A stretch of 63,660 bases of DNA, the filler included. It is 4 parts of 4 records of this genome, joined end to end, with 100 filler letters (N's around TTAATTAATTAA, not from the genome) between each part and the next. Parts side by side here need not be neighbours in the genome. Positions count along the whole stretch, not along the records: positions 10,225 to 32,383 come from SRR31156797_290; positions 32,484 to 48,697 come from SRR31156797_293; 2 more parts are not named here. One strand, written 5' to 3'. Below the pieces are notes generated by a model. The model had not been told where the DNA came from. It did no database searches and saw only the letters and a list, made by a program, of their open reading frames with translations. The translations under genes and the position numbers were made by a program. The stretch's first letter is position 1. Every line of letters starts with the position of its first letter. Below are positions 30,788 through 41,600 of the stretch, piece after piece.

Positions 30788-32383
30788 TTTGCTGCCCCTC
30801 CTTTCGTTTTCCTGATCTTAAGCCGCATCAGCGAAAAAACACCCACTGCTGCAATAGCCAGCACTACGATCTCACCCATGGTATCCAATGCTCTGAAATC
30901 CACCAGGATCACATTTACAATATTCCGGCCTTTACCAATGGTGTAGCTGTTTTCGTTGAAATATTCAGAGATATTGGGATACAAATCAAGGTAATCGGCT
31001 TTAAGAGTTAAACCAGTCATAAAACCACCAAAAATCACTGCGATGATGCCATCCCGAATTCTGGATGCTTTAGAACTGAGGTTTTTAAATACCGGCAAAT
31101 GGTAAATCACCATAACAAAAAGTACCAACACCAATGTTTCTACCATGATTTGTGTGATTGCCAGGTCGACTGCACCGTAAAAAGCAAACAACAGGGCAAT
31201 ACCCCATCCAACAACGCCCATCGAAATAATAGCAGTCAATCTGGATTTTGTAAGTACAGTTAACAAAGTTGCTGCTATCATAACCACCACCAGGGCAACT
31301 ATATAATATTGTACAGCGCTGAAGTTGTAATCTACTTCCCAAAAACGCGTGCGAATGAGCTGATACCAAACAAAACCCGATGTGACCAGGAAAATGACCA
31401 TCAGGTAAAACCGCTGTATACCACCCTGAATAAAGTTGGTTTTCTTCTTGGTAAATACAAGAAACCCATCAATCAGTTTTGCGAATTCAGTTGAAAAACT
31501 AAACCGGACCATCCGGCCATTAATACGCCTTAATTTGGGGATGATTGTATCCCTGAAAAGAAAAATCAAAACGCCCAGTGCAACAGTAATGGCACTCAAC
31601 AGCAACACCAGGTTAAAACCATGCCAGAGCTTGATTTTAACGTCTATCTCTTCTGCACGTACCGCACTAATGGCCGGACTGATCACATTTTCTGCAAAAA
31701 ACCCGGGAAAAACTGCAAGTACCAGGCTCAGCACAGCAAGAACGCCCGGCCCTAGCCACAACCTGAACGGTGTTTCAACGGGTTTTAGCGGTGTATTTCC
31801 CGGGTTGCCGAAAAATACTTTCCAGGCAAAAATTCCTGAAATGGCTACCATAAATACGTTGGAAGCAATGCCTGTGTAGATCAGAAAATCTGATGCTTCA
31901 GGCAAAGCCACTTTGGCTTCATAAATCAGCTCTTTGCCGATAAAACCGATGAATGGTGGCAACCCCGCCATCGAAAATAGCGCAACCAAGGCAACAATAG
32001 TGGTATAAGGCATTTGTTTTCGGAGTCCGCCTAAAAGTTCAATATCGCGAGTACCGGTTTTTTTATCAATCGATCCGGCTATCATAAACAGAGAACCTTT
32101 GTATAGTGAGTGTACGACCAGGAAAATAAGTGCTGCTTTAATCGATTCTTTGGTGTCGATACCAACAAGTAATACCAATGTTCCCAGAGCGCTTATGGTG
32201 GTGTATGCTAAAATCTTTTTAAGATCAGTTTGGGTGAGTGCAAAGTAGGAGCCAATGAACATGGAGGTAACCCCAAAAACGGTCAATCCGGTTTTCCATT
32301 CAATGGTTCCACCCAAAACAGGGGCAAGGCGCATCAGGATGTAGATTCCAGCTTTTACCATGGTGGCTGAATGCAAAAAGGCA
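30784..32383 (-). CDS. mnhA: Mrp/Mnh antiporter subunit A, 5' truncated by the contig edge
   Basis: LHSATMVKAG, DLKKILAY, NIVNVILVDFRALDTMGE; the frame runs open to the linker. Confidence 0.95.
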
Positions 32384-32483
32384 NNNNNNNNNNNNNNNNN
32401 NNNNNNNNNNNNNNNNNNNNNNNNNNNTTAATTAATTAANNNNNNNNNNNNNNNNNNNNNNNNNNNNNNNNNNNNNNNNNNNN
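32384..32483. other. Artificial contig linker
   Basis: N44-TTAATTAATTAA-N44. Confidence 0.98.
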
Positions 32484-32728
32484 TCAGTTTTTGCTTTCGA
32501 TCATTTTTCAATAAACAGTTCCTCCAGTTCACACAGAGCATGTAATTGATACGTCAAAGGAATAAACGAACACTCCATTTTTCTGTCGGCACATCCAGGC
32601 GTAAAACTCTTTTTACATAAGCTACTTAAGATTAATAATCCTTAAATAAATCGACCAACTCAATTGTCTCGACAGTGTAGAGACTAAATTCGAAAAATCA
32701 TCTTTGGAGTTAGTTCGGTGCGACAAGC

Positions 32729-34318
32729 TTATACCCCCCTATAAACATTATCACAATCACATGTTATTTTTTTTGCCTTAGCTGAATAATCACCGACTTT
32801 GTCAGCGTTATACAGCCTCTGGAAATATTCATTTGCTCTACGACGATCTCCGATGATGTAATAATACTGTCCAAGGTGGAATAGGCTGAATAGATCAAAG
32901 GCATCTATAGCCAAAGCTTGATTATAAAAACTGAGAGCAAGAAGATCATCACCATTTAATGAATGCGCCCATGCTAACTTGTTATATATAACCAAAGCTT
33001 CTGGCTTCTCGGATCTCACTTCTTCGAGAAGCTTGATCGATTGCCGGTAATCACCGTCTAATCCGTACGCTATCGCGAGCTTGAATTTTGAATAGGTGCT
33101 TGGGCTTATTTTTACCAACCTATTGTAAATCTCGATTGCTTTCTCATAATGCTGCTCATCGACATAAAGGGAACCGAGACGTTCAATGGTTTCAATTTTC
33201 TGACGATCTTCAACAGGGTATCCGCGTTCGTAAATTTCCATTAATCTTTCGTAGGCAGCTATTGCTTTTTTTTTGTAGCCGACCCGAATACAGATACCAC
33301 CAAGCATTCTTAAATACTGCGGGTGCTCATCACTGCGATCAACGGCAGCTTCGGCGGCTTCCAAAGCTCCCTGATGATCACCATCCGAGATCTTCTTCTT
33401 AGCAAGTTCAAGGTAATACAAAGGACTTGATGACGGAGGTTGAAATTCCTGCTTGATAGAAACTCTTGAAGGAAGACCAGCGACAACATTGCTGCTGGTC
33501 AAGGTATCCATGCAACGGTCAACATCCGCTCTCAACTCACCGACATTCTGGTACCTTTTTTCTGGCCTCCGAGCCATAGCTTTCAAAATCAAATTTTCAA
33601 GATCTGAGGGGATATCAGAATTGACTTCACGAGGTTTTGCAATATTCAAACCCGTCAATAACTGGTGTGGGCTTGTATAAGGAAGCGAGCCGGTGGTCAT
33701 CTCATACAGGAGCACCCCGAGCGAATATATGTCTGACACCTTGCTTCGCTTTCCCTCAAGGGCCACTTCAGGAGCCATATACGATTCGGTTCCATGCCGT
33801 TTGGTCCAAACCCATGCATCTTCAAATCGTCGGCTGACACCAAAATCAGTAATTTTGGCTTTGTTGCTATCTTTCGCAATTAAGATATTTTCCGGCTTAA
33901 GATCATTGTGTGATATATTTCTCTGATGAACTGCGGCAAGACCATCCAATATATTTATGAGCCATTCCAACATCTGCTTGAATGAAAGATTGACTGTGTT
34001 ATTGGGTCCTTGCAAAATAGCTGAAAGGCTGAAGCCGTCAACAAATTCCATTTCGATAAAAAACAGATCGCAGATATTATGAAAAGCATAGACCTGAACA
34101 ATATTCGGATGGATGATTCCACGAACAATATCTGCTTCTTTCCGTAAAACTTTTTCGCCTTTTTCTTGGTCTTTTGGAACTTTTATGGCAACATGCTTGC
34201 CATCCGATAAACGTTCTGCTCTCCAAACCTCGCCAAAACTTCCTTTACCGACTTCTTCTATAAGCCTAAAGCGATCTCCAAGCAGTTCGTTTTTCTTAGT
34301 CCTGAAAAAGATACCCAT
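32729..34318 (-). CDS. Hanks-type Ser/Thr protein kinase with C-terminal TPR repeats (soluble)
   Basis: GKGSFGEV, VAIK, HPNIV, HNDLKPEN, DFG, GTESYMAPE, SDIYSLG. The C-terminal ~230 aa has TPR-like repeats (e.g. LGSLYVDEQHYEKAIEIYNRLVKISP). No TM segment; GGAGG RBS; TAATG overlap with the upstream gene. Confidence 0.93.
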   Translation of the reverse strand: MGIFFRTKKNELLGDRFRLIEEVGKGSFGEVWRAERLSDGKHVAIKVPKDQEKGEKVLRKEADIVRGIIHPNIVQVYAFHNICDLFFIEMEFVDGFSLSAILQGPNNTVNLSFKQMLEWLINILDGLAAVHQRNISHNDLKPENILIAKDSNKAKITDFGVSRRFEDAWVWTKRHGTESYMAPEVALEGKRSKVSDIYSLGVLLYEMTTGSLPYTSPHQLLTGLNIAKPREVNSDIPSDLENLILKAMARRPEKRYQNVGELRADVDRCMDTLTSSNVVAGLPSRVSIKQEFQPPSSSPLYYLELAKKKISDGDHQGALEAAEAAVDRSDEHPQYLRMLGGICIRVGYKKKAIAAYERLMEIYERGYPVEDRQKIETIERLGSLYVDEQHYEKAIEIYNRLVKISPSTYSKFKLAIAYGLDGDYRQSIKLLEEVRSEKPEALVIYNKLAWAHSLNGDDLLALSFYNQALAIDAFDLFSLFHLGQYYYIIGDRRRANEYFQRLYNADKVGDYSAKAKKITCDCDNVYRGV

Positions 34319-34932
34319 TAGCGTATTCCTCCAGATAAATACCGTTCGTTACGCATATCCCGAAGGAATTCTCCAAACACAAGATGCTGCGAATCTCTTG
34401 AGTTTTTCATTACACATTTTATTACCATTAAAGGAGTCACCGCCTTGGGGACTACGATACCGTTTCGCCTGAAACTGGAACCGTAAGGGGCAACAACACA
34501 ATCCATATTTCTGGGCATTGAACCAGACTTTACCCAGTAAACAAGGACCGCTAATTCAAGTGACTCACTTAGCCCCGATGTAATAGCCAAGTTTTCAATC
34601 TTTTGCTTGAGTTTCTTTTCATCCCCTTTTTCAAATCTCTCAAACTCGAAAGCGATCCTCGGTGACAGATCCTTTTTATCAAACCATACAGAGTCAGCCC
34701 TAATATCTCCGATGCCATGAAATGATTCATTGATACTCACAGGGCACTCTGTAATTGCTGAATAACCTGCTTTCATACCGCAGCTCGACAGGTACGTCAA
34801 AAAATGAGAGTGAATTGTAACCCCTCTATCTGGAATTCCAGCCTCCAGAAGCATGGGAAAACTCTCTGCCATCAATGCCTGGTCAGTAACGGCAGAAAAA
34901 ACCATTTCACTAATTTTTACGCTTCTGTTCAT
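34318..34932 (-). CDS. Hypothetical protein, probable PD-(D/E)XK restriction-endonuclease-like fold
   Basis: AITECPV...IRADSVWF...IAFEFER gives an E...D...ExE pattern on predicted beta strands. Likely start is ATG at 34932 (TAATG overlap with herA, GGAG RBS). Confidence 0.6.
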   Translation of the reverse strand: MNRSVKISEMVFSAVTDQALMAESFPMLLEAGIPDRGVTIHSHFLTYLSSCGMKAGYSAITECPVSINESFHGIGDIRADSVWFDKKDLSPRIAFEFERFEKGDEKKLKQKIENLAITSGLSESLELAVLVYWVKSGSMPRNMDCVVAPYGSSFRRNGIVVPKAVTPLMVIKCVMKNSRDSQHLVFGEFLRDMRNERYLSGGIR

Positions 34933-36626
34933 TAAATCTCCGGTTTTCCCCAACGTTCACATACCTTTGGTGATTCACCCCCATGAACAAGGGCTTTTGT
35001 GCCTACTTTAACCACAAGAGGAGCGATAATTGCCCGACCGCAAATTAATGTTTCACCAGTTGAAAGCGTTGGTAATTCAGCAAGATCTGCGGCAGAAAAA
35101 TAATCCGATGTCTTCTGTATGAATCGTTGATCATCCGGATTCTTAATTCGCATGGCGACAATAGTATTACACTGACTGGTAACATCAGAATCCAGCTTGC
35201 TTGGCCGCTGACTTACAATGGCGAATCCGACACCGAATTTTCGCCCCTCGGCAGCAATACGTTTAATTATGTTCTTTGAAATACTAGACTCTCCATTGGG
35301 AGCGAAATTATGGCCTTCTTCGTAAATTATAAAGGAGGGCCGTATAGGACGACTCTTGTCTCCTGCGGCCTTCATCAATTCACTGGATATTAACGCCACA
35401 ATGACCTGTCTTGCAGTATTCGAGAGCCCTTGAAGATCCACAATACAAAGGCGGCCAAACGATTCGTTATCGTCTCCCACCATTTTGTAGACATCGAAGG
35501 GTTCACCGGCCGCACGTGTGAAAAAACTTTGGGCTTCGTTAATCATTCTGCGTAAACGGATGGCGGCAATGTTCGCACTTCCTCCCTTGAGAGCGCTGGC
35601 TTCTCCCGGACTGCCTGATTCCGCAACCCAGCTTTTCAACCGATCAAGGTCGTCCAGTACGGAAAACAGCTCTTGTATGTCTCGAGGTTCGTCAAAATTT
35701 TCCTTCCAGTACCTTAGGGCTACATCTAAAACCCGTTGCTGCGGTTCCGTTAATCCCGGCAATACACCTGAGAATTCATCTACATCGAAGTGATCGAGCT
35801 GAAGCGCCAGATTCTGATTTTTACCGGCATATTTTTCGGAAAAGCTTCTGAGTTGAGGCGTGAATACTGTTATGCCAGCACCTTTTTCCTGAAGGACCTG
35901 CATTCTTTTCTGAATTTCAACAAGTTTCTCACGGTCTTTCACATCCTCTACGGAATCAAACCGATCATTAAAGTTAAGCGTTCCGCCTCGAAGGGCCTTT
36001 CCATATTCACCATGAGGATCAAAAACCACCACAGAAGCATTTAACTGGGCGACAAGGCGTTCAATGATTCGACCGACCGTGTAGCTTTTTCCCGCACCAG
36101 TCATTGCTAAGACTGCCAAGTGTTCGGTTACCAATGTATTTGCATCGAGATAGACGGGGACGACATTTGCACCTTTCTCATACCCTACGAGATTGCCCAG
36201 ATGAATGCTTGTATCTTCAGAAAAGTCATAAAATTTTGTCAGGAAATCGTAATCTACACTATAAACCTTTGTACCCGGGTTAAGAGGTCTGCGCGGGATT
36301 CGGATTTCACCTGTATATGGGTCTTTGTACCCAACAAGCTCAATTGTTCCATACACTGTCTCCCCGGACACTTTTGAGTGCGGCAGCAGTTCAACCTCAC
36401 TGATCCCTTCACCAAGGGCCGGATTAAAAAGAATGCTGCTTCTGGACAAGGAAACAATCCTTCCCAGCACGTCCATGTTTTGATCATTTTCTCGCTCTTG
36501 ATGTGCAATCCTAACGAATTCGCCACGTCTCGCCGAAAAGCTGTTTCTGAGCGCAATGGTCAATTTATCCGGTTGCCCTGTATTCCCAACCAGTTTACCT
36601 ATGAAACTGTCTTGACTCTTTTTCAT
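34932..36626 (-). CDS. herA: HerA-family DNA translocase/helicase ATPase with N-terminal HAS barrel
   Basis: HLAVLAMTGAGKS (Walker A), VFDPHGEY, IIYEEGHNF (Walker B), EGRKFG, VSQRPS, SQCNT; N-terminal beta-barrel (RGEFV, VLGRI). Confidence 0.93.
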   Translation of the reverse strand: MKKSQDSFIGKLVGNTGQPDKLTIALRNSFSARRGEFVRIAHQERENDQNMDVLGRIVSLSRSSILFNPALGEGISEVELLPHSKVSGETVYGTIELVGYKDPYTGEIRIPRRPLNPGTKVYSVDYDFLTKFYDFSEDTSIHLGNLVGYEKGANVVPVYLDANTLVTEHLAVLAMTGAGKSYTVGRIIERLVAQLNASVVVFDPHGEYGKALRGGTLNFNDRFDSVEDVKDREKLVEIQKRMQVLQEKGAGITVFTPQLRSFSEKYAGKNQNLALQLDHFDVDEFSGVLPGLTEPQQRVLDVALRYWKENFDEPRDIQELFSVLDDLDRLKSWVAESGSPGEASALKGGSANIAAIRLRRMINEAQSFFTRAAGEPFDVYKMVGDDNESFGRLCIVDLQGLSNTARQVIVALISSELMKAAGDKSRPIRPSFIIYEEGHNFAPNGESSISKNIIKRIAAEGRKFGVGFAIVSQRPSKLDSDVTSQCNTIVAMRIKNPDDQRFIQKTSDYFSAADLAELPTLSTGETLICGRAIIAPLVVKVGTKALVHGGESPKVCERWGKPEI

Positions 36627-37771
36627 GATTCTACCTCTTCCTGAATTGTGTCGATACCTTCAAGCCATGTCTGATCAACTTCTTTGTCTCTAAGCATTGC
36701 AAGAGTTGACTTTAAATAGCTGATTAGCACCTCCCTAGGCATACGAACGAGCTGTTCGGCAAACCACAGAGGAAGCGGCTTCATTTTTGGATTGTCATGT
36801 ATGGTTAAATACGAAATCAGGCCTGCCAGCTCATCAAGGCTTTCCGATGTCCAGCTTTCCCGTTTTCCAATGGTTTCCACTTTCCAGATAGGTGTTCTAA
36901 GACCTACTTGAAGATGAAATCCAACCAGGCCATGCTCCGATACAAGCTTGGGCTCAAAGCGTTTCATATATCTACTTACGGATTCGTAGTAGTATGCGGC
37001 GGTTCTGCGACCTGCCTTCAATGTACCTTTCAGGAAACGCAGAATCCCCACCCGGCGAAGTTGCCCCCAGTCCTCCCGAATAAGGTTCACGATTTTGTCG
37101 TCAATAGACTCAGGACTGCCTTCTTGACCTTTTTCTCTGATCGCATTCAGTACAGCACTGTTTAAATCATGCTTTTTTTTAAGGGATACAAGAAATGGCC
37201 CATCCGGATTATTTGGGAAAAAATCATTCAGATGCCGTTGCCAGAACTCTCCCATTACATCAAGCAATGCCTGCCACTCTTCCTGAACATCCTCTTCCTC
37301 AAGATAGAGACTTTGCTCAGCCCTGGATACCAAGAGAGGAATATCGACAAAGATGATATCCGGTTTCGTATCAAGACTCATCAAATCTGAAAGCAACCGA
37401 TAGACAAGGATAAACTCTTTCCACACGAGCCGTTCTGATGCCCCAAGAAAGTTCATGTCGTTGATGTCGACTCTACTGTCCTGCAGGCCTTCCCGGACCT
37501 CATTATTGGCAACGACCAGATCATGCCTGAGTGCTGCTGCGCCGTAAAGCACCCCCCCCAAAGCGGGCATGCTTCTGCTTTTGGATGAAATGCCAACCGC
37601 ATAAACTTTTTCATGGGTACCTTGATCGATATTTCTAATCAGACCTCCGTGATGAAACAGCGGGCCTTTTGAATCTACATAACGCATCTTGTTCGCCAGT
37701 TTGCCTGCGGTGCCGGGCAAGCGCAGGCTCATGGCCGCTGTTAATGCGCGTGACATTTCAACGTTTTTCAT
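36623..37771 (-). CDS. nurA: NurA-family (RNase H fold) protein with a degenerate first catalytic motif
   Basis: Coupled to herA by an ATGA overlap. YAVGISS sits at the AVDGS position, IIFVDIPL at the xDGxL position, and there is a C-terminal PLPLWFAEQLV motif. Confidence 0.72.
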   Translation of the reverse strand: MKNVEMSRALTAAMSLRLPGTAGKLANKMRYVDSKGPLFHHGGLIRNIDQGTHEKVYAVGISSKSRSMPALGGVLYGAAALRHDLVVANNEVREGLQDSRVDINDMNFLGASERLVWKEFILVYRLLSDLMSLDTKPDIIFVDIPLLVSRAEQSLYLEEEDVQEEWQALLDVMGEFWQRHLNDFFPNNPDGPFLVSLKKKHDLNSAVLNAIREKGQEGSPESIDDKIVNLIREDWGQLRRVGILRFLKGTLKAGRRTAAYYYESVSRYMKRFEPKLVSEHGLVGFHLQVGLRTPIWKVETIGKRESWTSESLDELAGLISYLTIHDNPKMKPLPLWFAEQLVRMPREVLISYLKSTLAMLRDKEVDQTWLEGIDTIQEEVES

Positions 37772-38640
37772 GAATCAGCCTCCTCTTCTTCAAGCATTTC
37801 CTTTATTTCTCTCGCATAGGAATAGTGCCCAGCTTGATCGATGTAGTCTTCCAGACTTGATATCAAATTTTCGCCTGTTGCATCAAGCTTCAACGCAAGC
37901 CGTTCTATCGCAAGCCGAATGATTTCGACATCACACTCAAGAGTGAAGAACCGGGACATTTCAGCAAAAATCCTGTCCGAAGCAGTGCTATTGCAGGCGA
38001 ATGACAGAATAGCGACAGCCTGCAATACACTTTCTTCAATCGCATCAGACGCGTCTTTCGAATCCCCTGTGACTGGATTTTTTTTGTTTTCCCAGTCCAG
38101 CAGCAATCTAAGAAGGGATTCCCGATCCTCCTCATTTGTCATTCCACTGTAAGAAAGCAATTTCAGGGTAGTAATGAAAACCGCTCCCGAAGTGTTTTTT
38201 GGTTGATATTTGAGGAGGATGGTCTCTTTATTAGAGTCGACGCCCATGATGCCGGAAGAGAATGAAGAACAAACAATGCCATCAGACCAGATCTCATATT
38301 CACTTTTGGAACTGGGTCCTTCAAACCCTGAAGGTATACAAATGGATGACGCCTTGCGCTTTTTCACGACAATTGAAACCGGAGCCTCAATTGCATTGCC
38401 AATATCGGTATCAACCGGAGGGTTTACGATGATTAATCCACTCCCATTTTTATATTGGCTGTTTGCCAGTTTACGGACCGTGCCGACAAAATCATCAATG
38501 CCTTTGGACCCCAGCAATACACATGACGCATCTTTCATGCTGAGTGCTTCATCGAGCGAAACAAATTCTATTTCTGCCGTATGTTCCAGAACCGATGATT
38601 CGAACCGATCTTTTTGAACATCAAGAATTATGGTTTTCAT
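37768..38640 (-). CDS. Hypothetical protein (290 aa), possible class I glutamine-amidotransferase-like fold plus helical C-terminus
   Basis: ATGA overlaps at both ends and a GGAG RBS support a real gene. The fold guess rests on CVLLG, NGSGLIIV, GAVFITT and LLRLLLDW. Confidence 0.7.
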   Translation of the reverse strand: MKTIILDVQKDRFESSVLEHTAEIEFVSLDEALSMKDASCVLLGSKGIDDFVGTVRKLANSQYKNGSGLIIVNPPVDTDIGNAIEAPVSIVVKKRKASSICIPSGFEGPSSKSEYEIWSDGIVCSSFSSGIMGVDSNKETILLKYQPKNTSGAVFITTLKLLSYSGMTNEEDRESLLRLLLDWENKKNPVTGDSKDASDAIEESVLQAVAILSFACNSTASDRIFAEMSRFFTLECDVEIIRLAIERLALKLDATGENLISSLEDYIDQAGHYSYAREIKEMLEEEEADS

Positions 38641-41600
38641 CGCAGCTCCAATCTTGTTCTGATGAGTTTCATCTTTTTCAGAGCCCTGATAGCCTCTTCG
38701 TGATCCGGATGTTCCTCTTCGCTGTAGGTTCCGTCACTTAAACCTTTATAGATATCGGCCCACAACTCAAACGACACAGGATAACCGGACTGTTCGAAAA
38801 TATCGTTACCTTCGGAAATCACCTTTGTATTGAATGCCTCATATGCCATCTTGGTCTTCAGATAGGTTTCCTCAGGCTTTGGTTCATCCATGATACTTTT
38901 TCTCTCAGATTGTAATAGCTTGTTCAATGCCTGAAGTTGAGTTCTACGGATGATATTCAACAAATCCGATTTGATCGTATCCAGTCGATCTGTAATATTC
39001 TGTTGCATTGGCGGGATTTTTGACTCACAAGCATCGACTTCATTTTCCAGCATTGTAAGAAGCTCGTCTTCTGCAGTATCGTCGCACTGGGCTTGGATCT
39101 GACTTTCCAGTCCGCCGGAAATCATTCCGTTGTATTTTTGAATTTCCGCTTTTATCCCGCATAAATCAGACAGGATTTCCTGAGGTGCGTCCTTAGTAAA
39201 ATCCGACAATTGCTTCCAGACGCTATCAGTGCCTTCGAATGTCTGAATAACCGACTCCCAACGTTTCCGGAGATCAACAAATCTCGAATAGAAGCTATCT
39301 GACATATCCGGTGTTACGAGGTCAGCCAAAGCAGATAGGCGTTCCCAAGCTGACTCGTATTTAGAATCCACAAGATATTGGTCTATCAATAGCTTATAAT
39401 TGCCAGCCTTAATCGTTGCCATGCAGGTCATGGATGGAGCCCCCATGCCTTTTAACGCATTTTCCAACTCGTTCTGAATCGCCTTGACAGGCAATGTCAG
39501 AGGGGCAATGGGAAACGGTTTGCCAGAAGCAAATTTGAATTCGTTGCTGTCCTTGATAATTTGATTGATCTCGGACAGAATCTCTTCCCGTTTGAAAAGG
39601 AACTGTTTTTTCAGCCAGCTCAGGAATGAAACCTTCTCCCACAAAGAAAACGTATCATACTTTCGTTCAAATAGGCCAATCTGAGCCGCAACACATTCGA
39701 ACTCCACATTCTTGCTCCCGATATCCAGGGGGCACACTTCGAGGATCCGTTTTTCAATTTGAAGAACCTGCGCAACCAGATCAGTGAACGTATCCTCCGT
39801 CAATGAATGAACGGAAGGGGCATTCAATATTTTGAAATCTATCGCCTTTATTTTCTTTTCAGCATCATCAAGCTTCTGACTGGCGTCCGGATACGAGGCC
39901 TTCAATAAAATGCCTGCCTGTGTAGGGAAAAGGCCCTCGCAATTTTTGATGACATTTTTGCATTCATTTTTTAGCCATTTAGAAGCAGCTTCCCTGCGGA
40001 TTTCCAATTGATTCTTATCAATTGCCCGGAAGAGATCACCGCCGGTCTGACGAACAACGCCCAACCCGATCATAAGCTCAAGAATCTGTCCCATCTGCTG
40101 GACAGACTTGATTTCCTTTTCAGGAACAATAAAGAAAAAGTTTTTAGCCAGCTTGTTGGCGGAAGTCTGAGTTTTCAGCTCACGCAGAATAGAAAAAAAA
40201 CAACGCGGCACCCTTGGCTTATAATCCGTCAGGATCTCCAACAGGTCTCCGTAATTCCATGCCGTCGGAGGATTCATATTTTTCTTGGCGGCCTGCCTGC
40301 AGTTTTCAAATTCAACATCACTCAAAGGACCGCCATGGTCTTCATGGGCTGCATCCAGGGAATTGTTGGTTGCAAGCATATATCGGTACCCCTTGGCAAA
40401 ATCAGCCACAGGGATTCTTTTGGGTTTACTCCAAATAGGAGCAATCAGATAACCTTCCTGCCTGACCTTGGTTGCCCAGGTTCTGGCCTTGGAAATCCAG
40501 TCATCCTGATATGATTTCAGCAGACCATTGGCAACTTTGCTGAGCCTTGCTTCCTGTGGATCAAATACAGACCCCCGGGCTGAGTACTTGATCAGAAAAT
40601 CTTCTTCCTGCACCACAAGCCTGGAGACCAGGACACATCGTTTAAGGATCGGATATTTATCAAGCTGCCCTTCAAAGGCAGCGTAGTCTGCGGATGCAGG
40701 GAATAATACGATAATGGGATGCACACGCTCGGTGCCAAGGTAAGTACTCAGTTTCCTGATGGTGTCATCCGAGTCGAGGCAATAAGCGATTGTAAGTTTC
40801 CCATCCGGCGTGACTCGAAAGCCATCCACTGACGGAGACATAAAACGGGAACTGAACCCCTGATGGGAAATACCTGAAAGAGCTTGAGCCGTAGCTGTTT
40901 TTTCAAGTGACTCATCCAACAACTTGGCCAGCCCCAAACACACTGCTGCGGTCCGTTTGGCCTTTGAGCCGGATAATGCCTTTACATGCTCTTCCAGCGT
41001 ATGTTCGAAACGTCCGTCCTTGAAAAAGCGAACGCTTTCCGTATTTGCATTCAGAAGCTTATTGAACTCTTTCCACAGCCTGAATGCCATTCCGAGGAAT
41101 CGACTGTCTTCAACTCTATATTCCGGACTCAGAAAAACCCGGTGGAGAGCTTCGGCGGCAAACTCTATACCGTCTCTCGGGTAAAGAGCCGTCAATTGTT
41201 CACCCCATTGTTCAAGATCGGTGTAGATGACAATTTCAGAGGACTTGTTACTGCCTGCCGTAACCGAAAAGGCTTTCAGGGCTTCCAGCAGACCGACCAC
41301 GGACAGCTGGCATGTGGAAGTGAAATAGGTGTCCGCTTTGCCTTCAACCGGCTTAAACCCATACTCAGGACGGATCAATTCACTTGCAAGGGTCGACGCA
41401 TCGATGTGGACCATGCTCAGTTCAGCAAAGGTCTTGCCGCGCCCCGCAATTTCATGATCAAGAAGTGTTTCGGCTACGGCCGGAGAAATATTGTTCGGAC
41501 AGGTTCCGCCAACACCTACAGGCAGCTGGCCATAGACGACCCGTTCAACGATTTCCTGGGAAACATCCTTGATCCTGCCGATCAACGGCATGGCGGCGTT

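Noticed and set aside
32484-32530. Possible start of a further minus-strand gene (GGAGG, then TTG at 32511, MKNDRKQKL...)
   Set aside because: Only nine codons before the contig edge; cannot be supported or linked to the operon.
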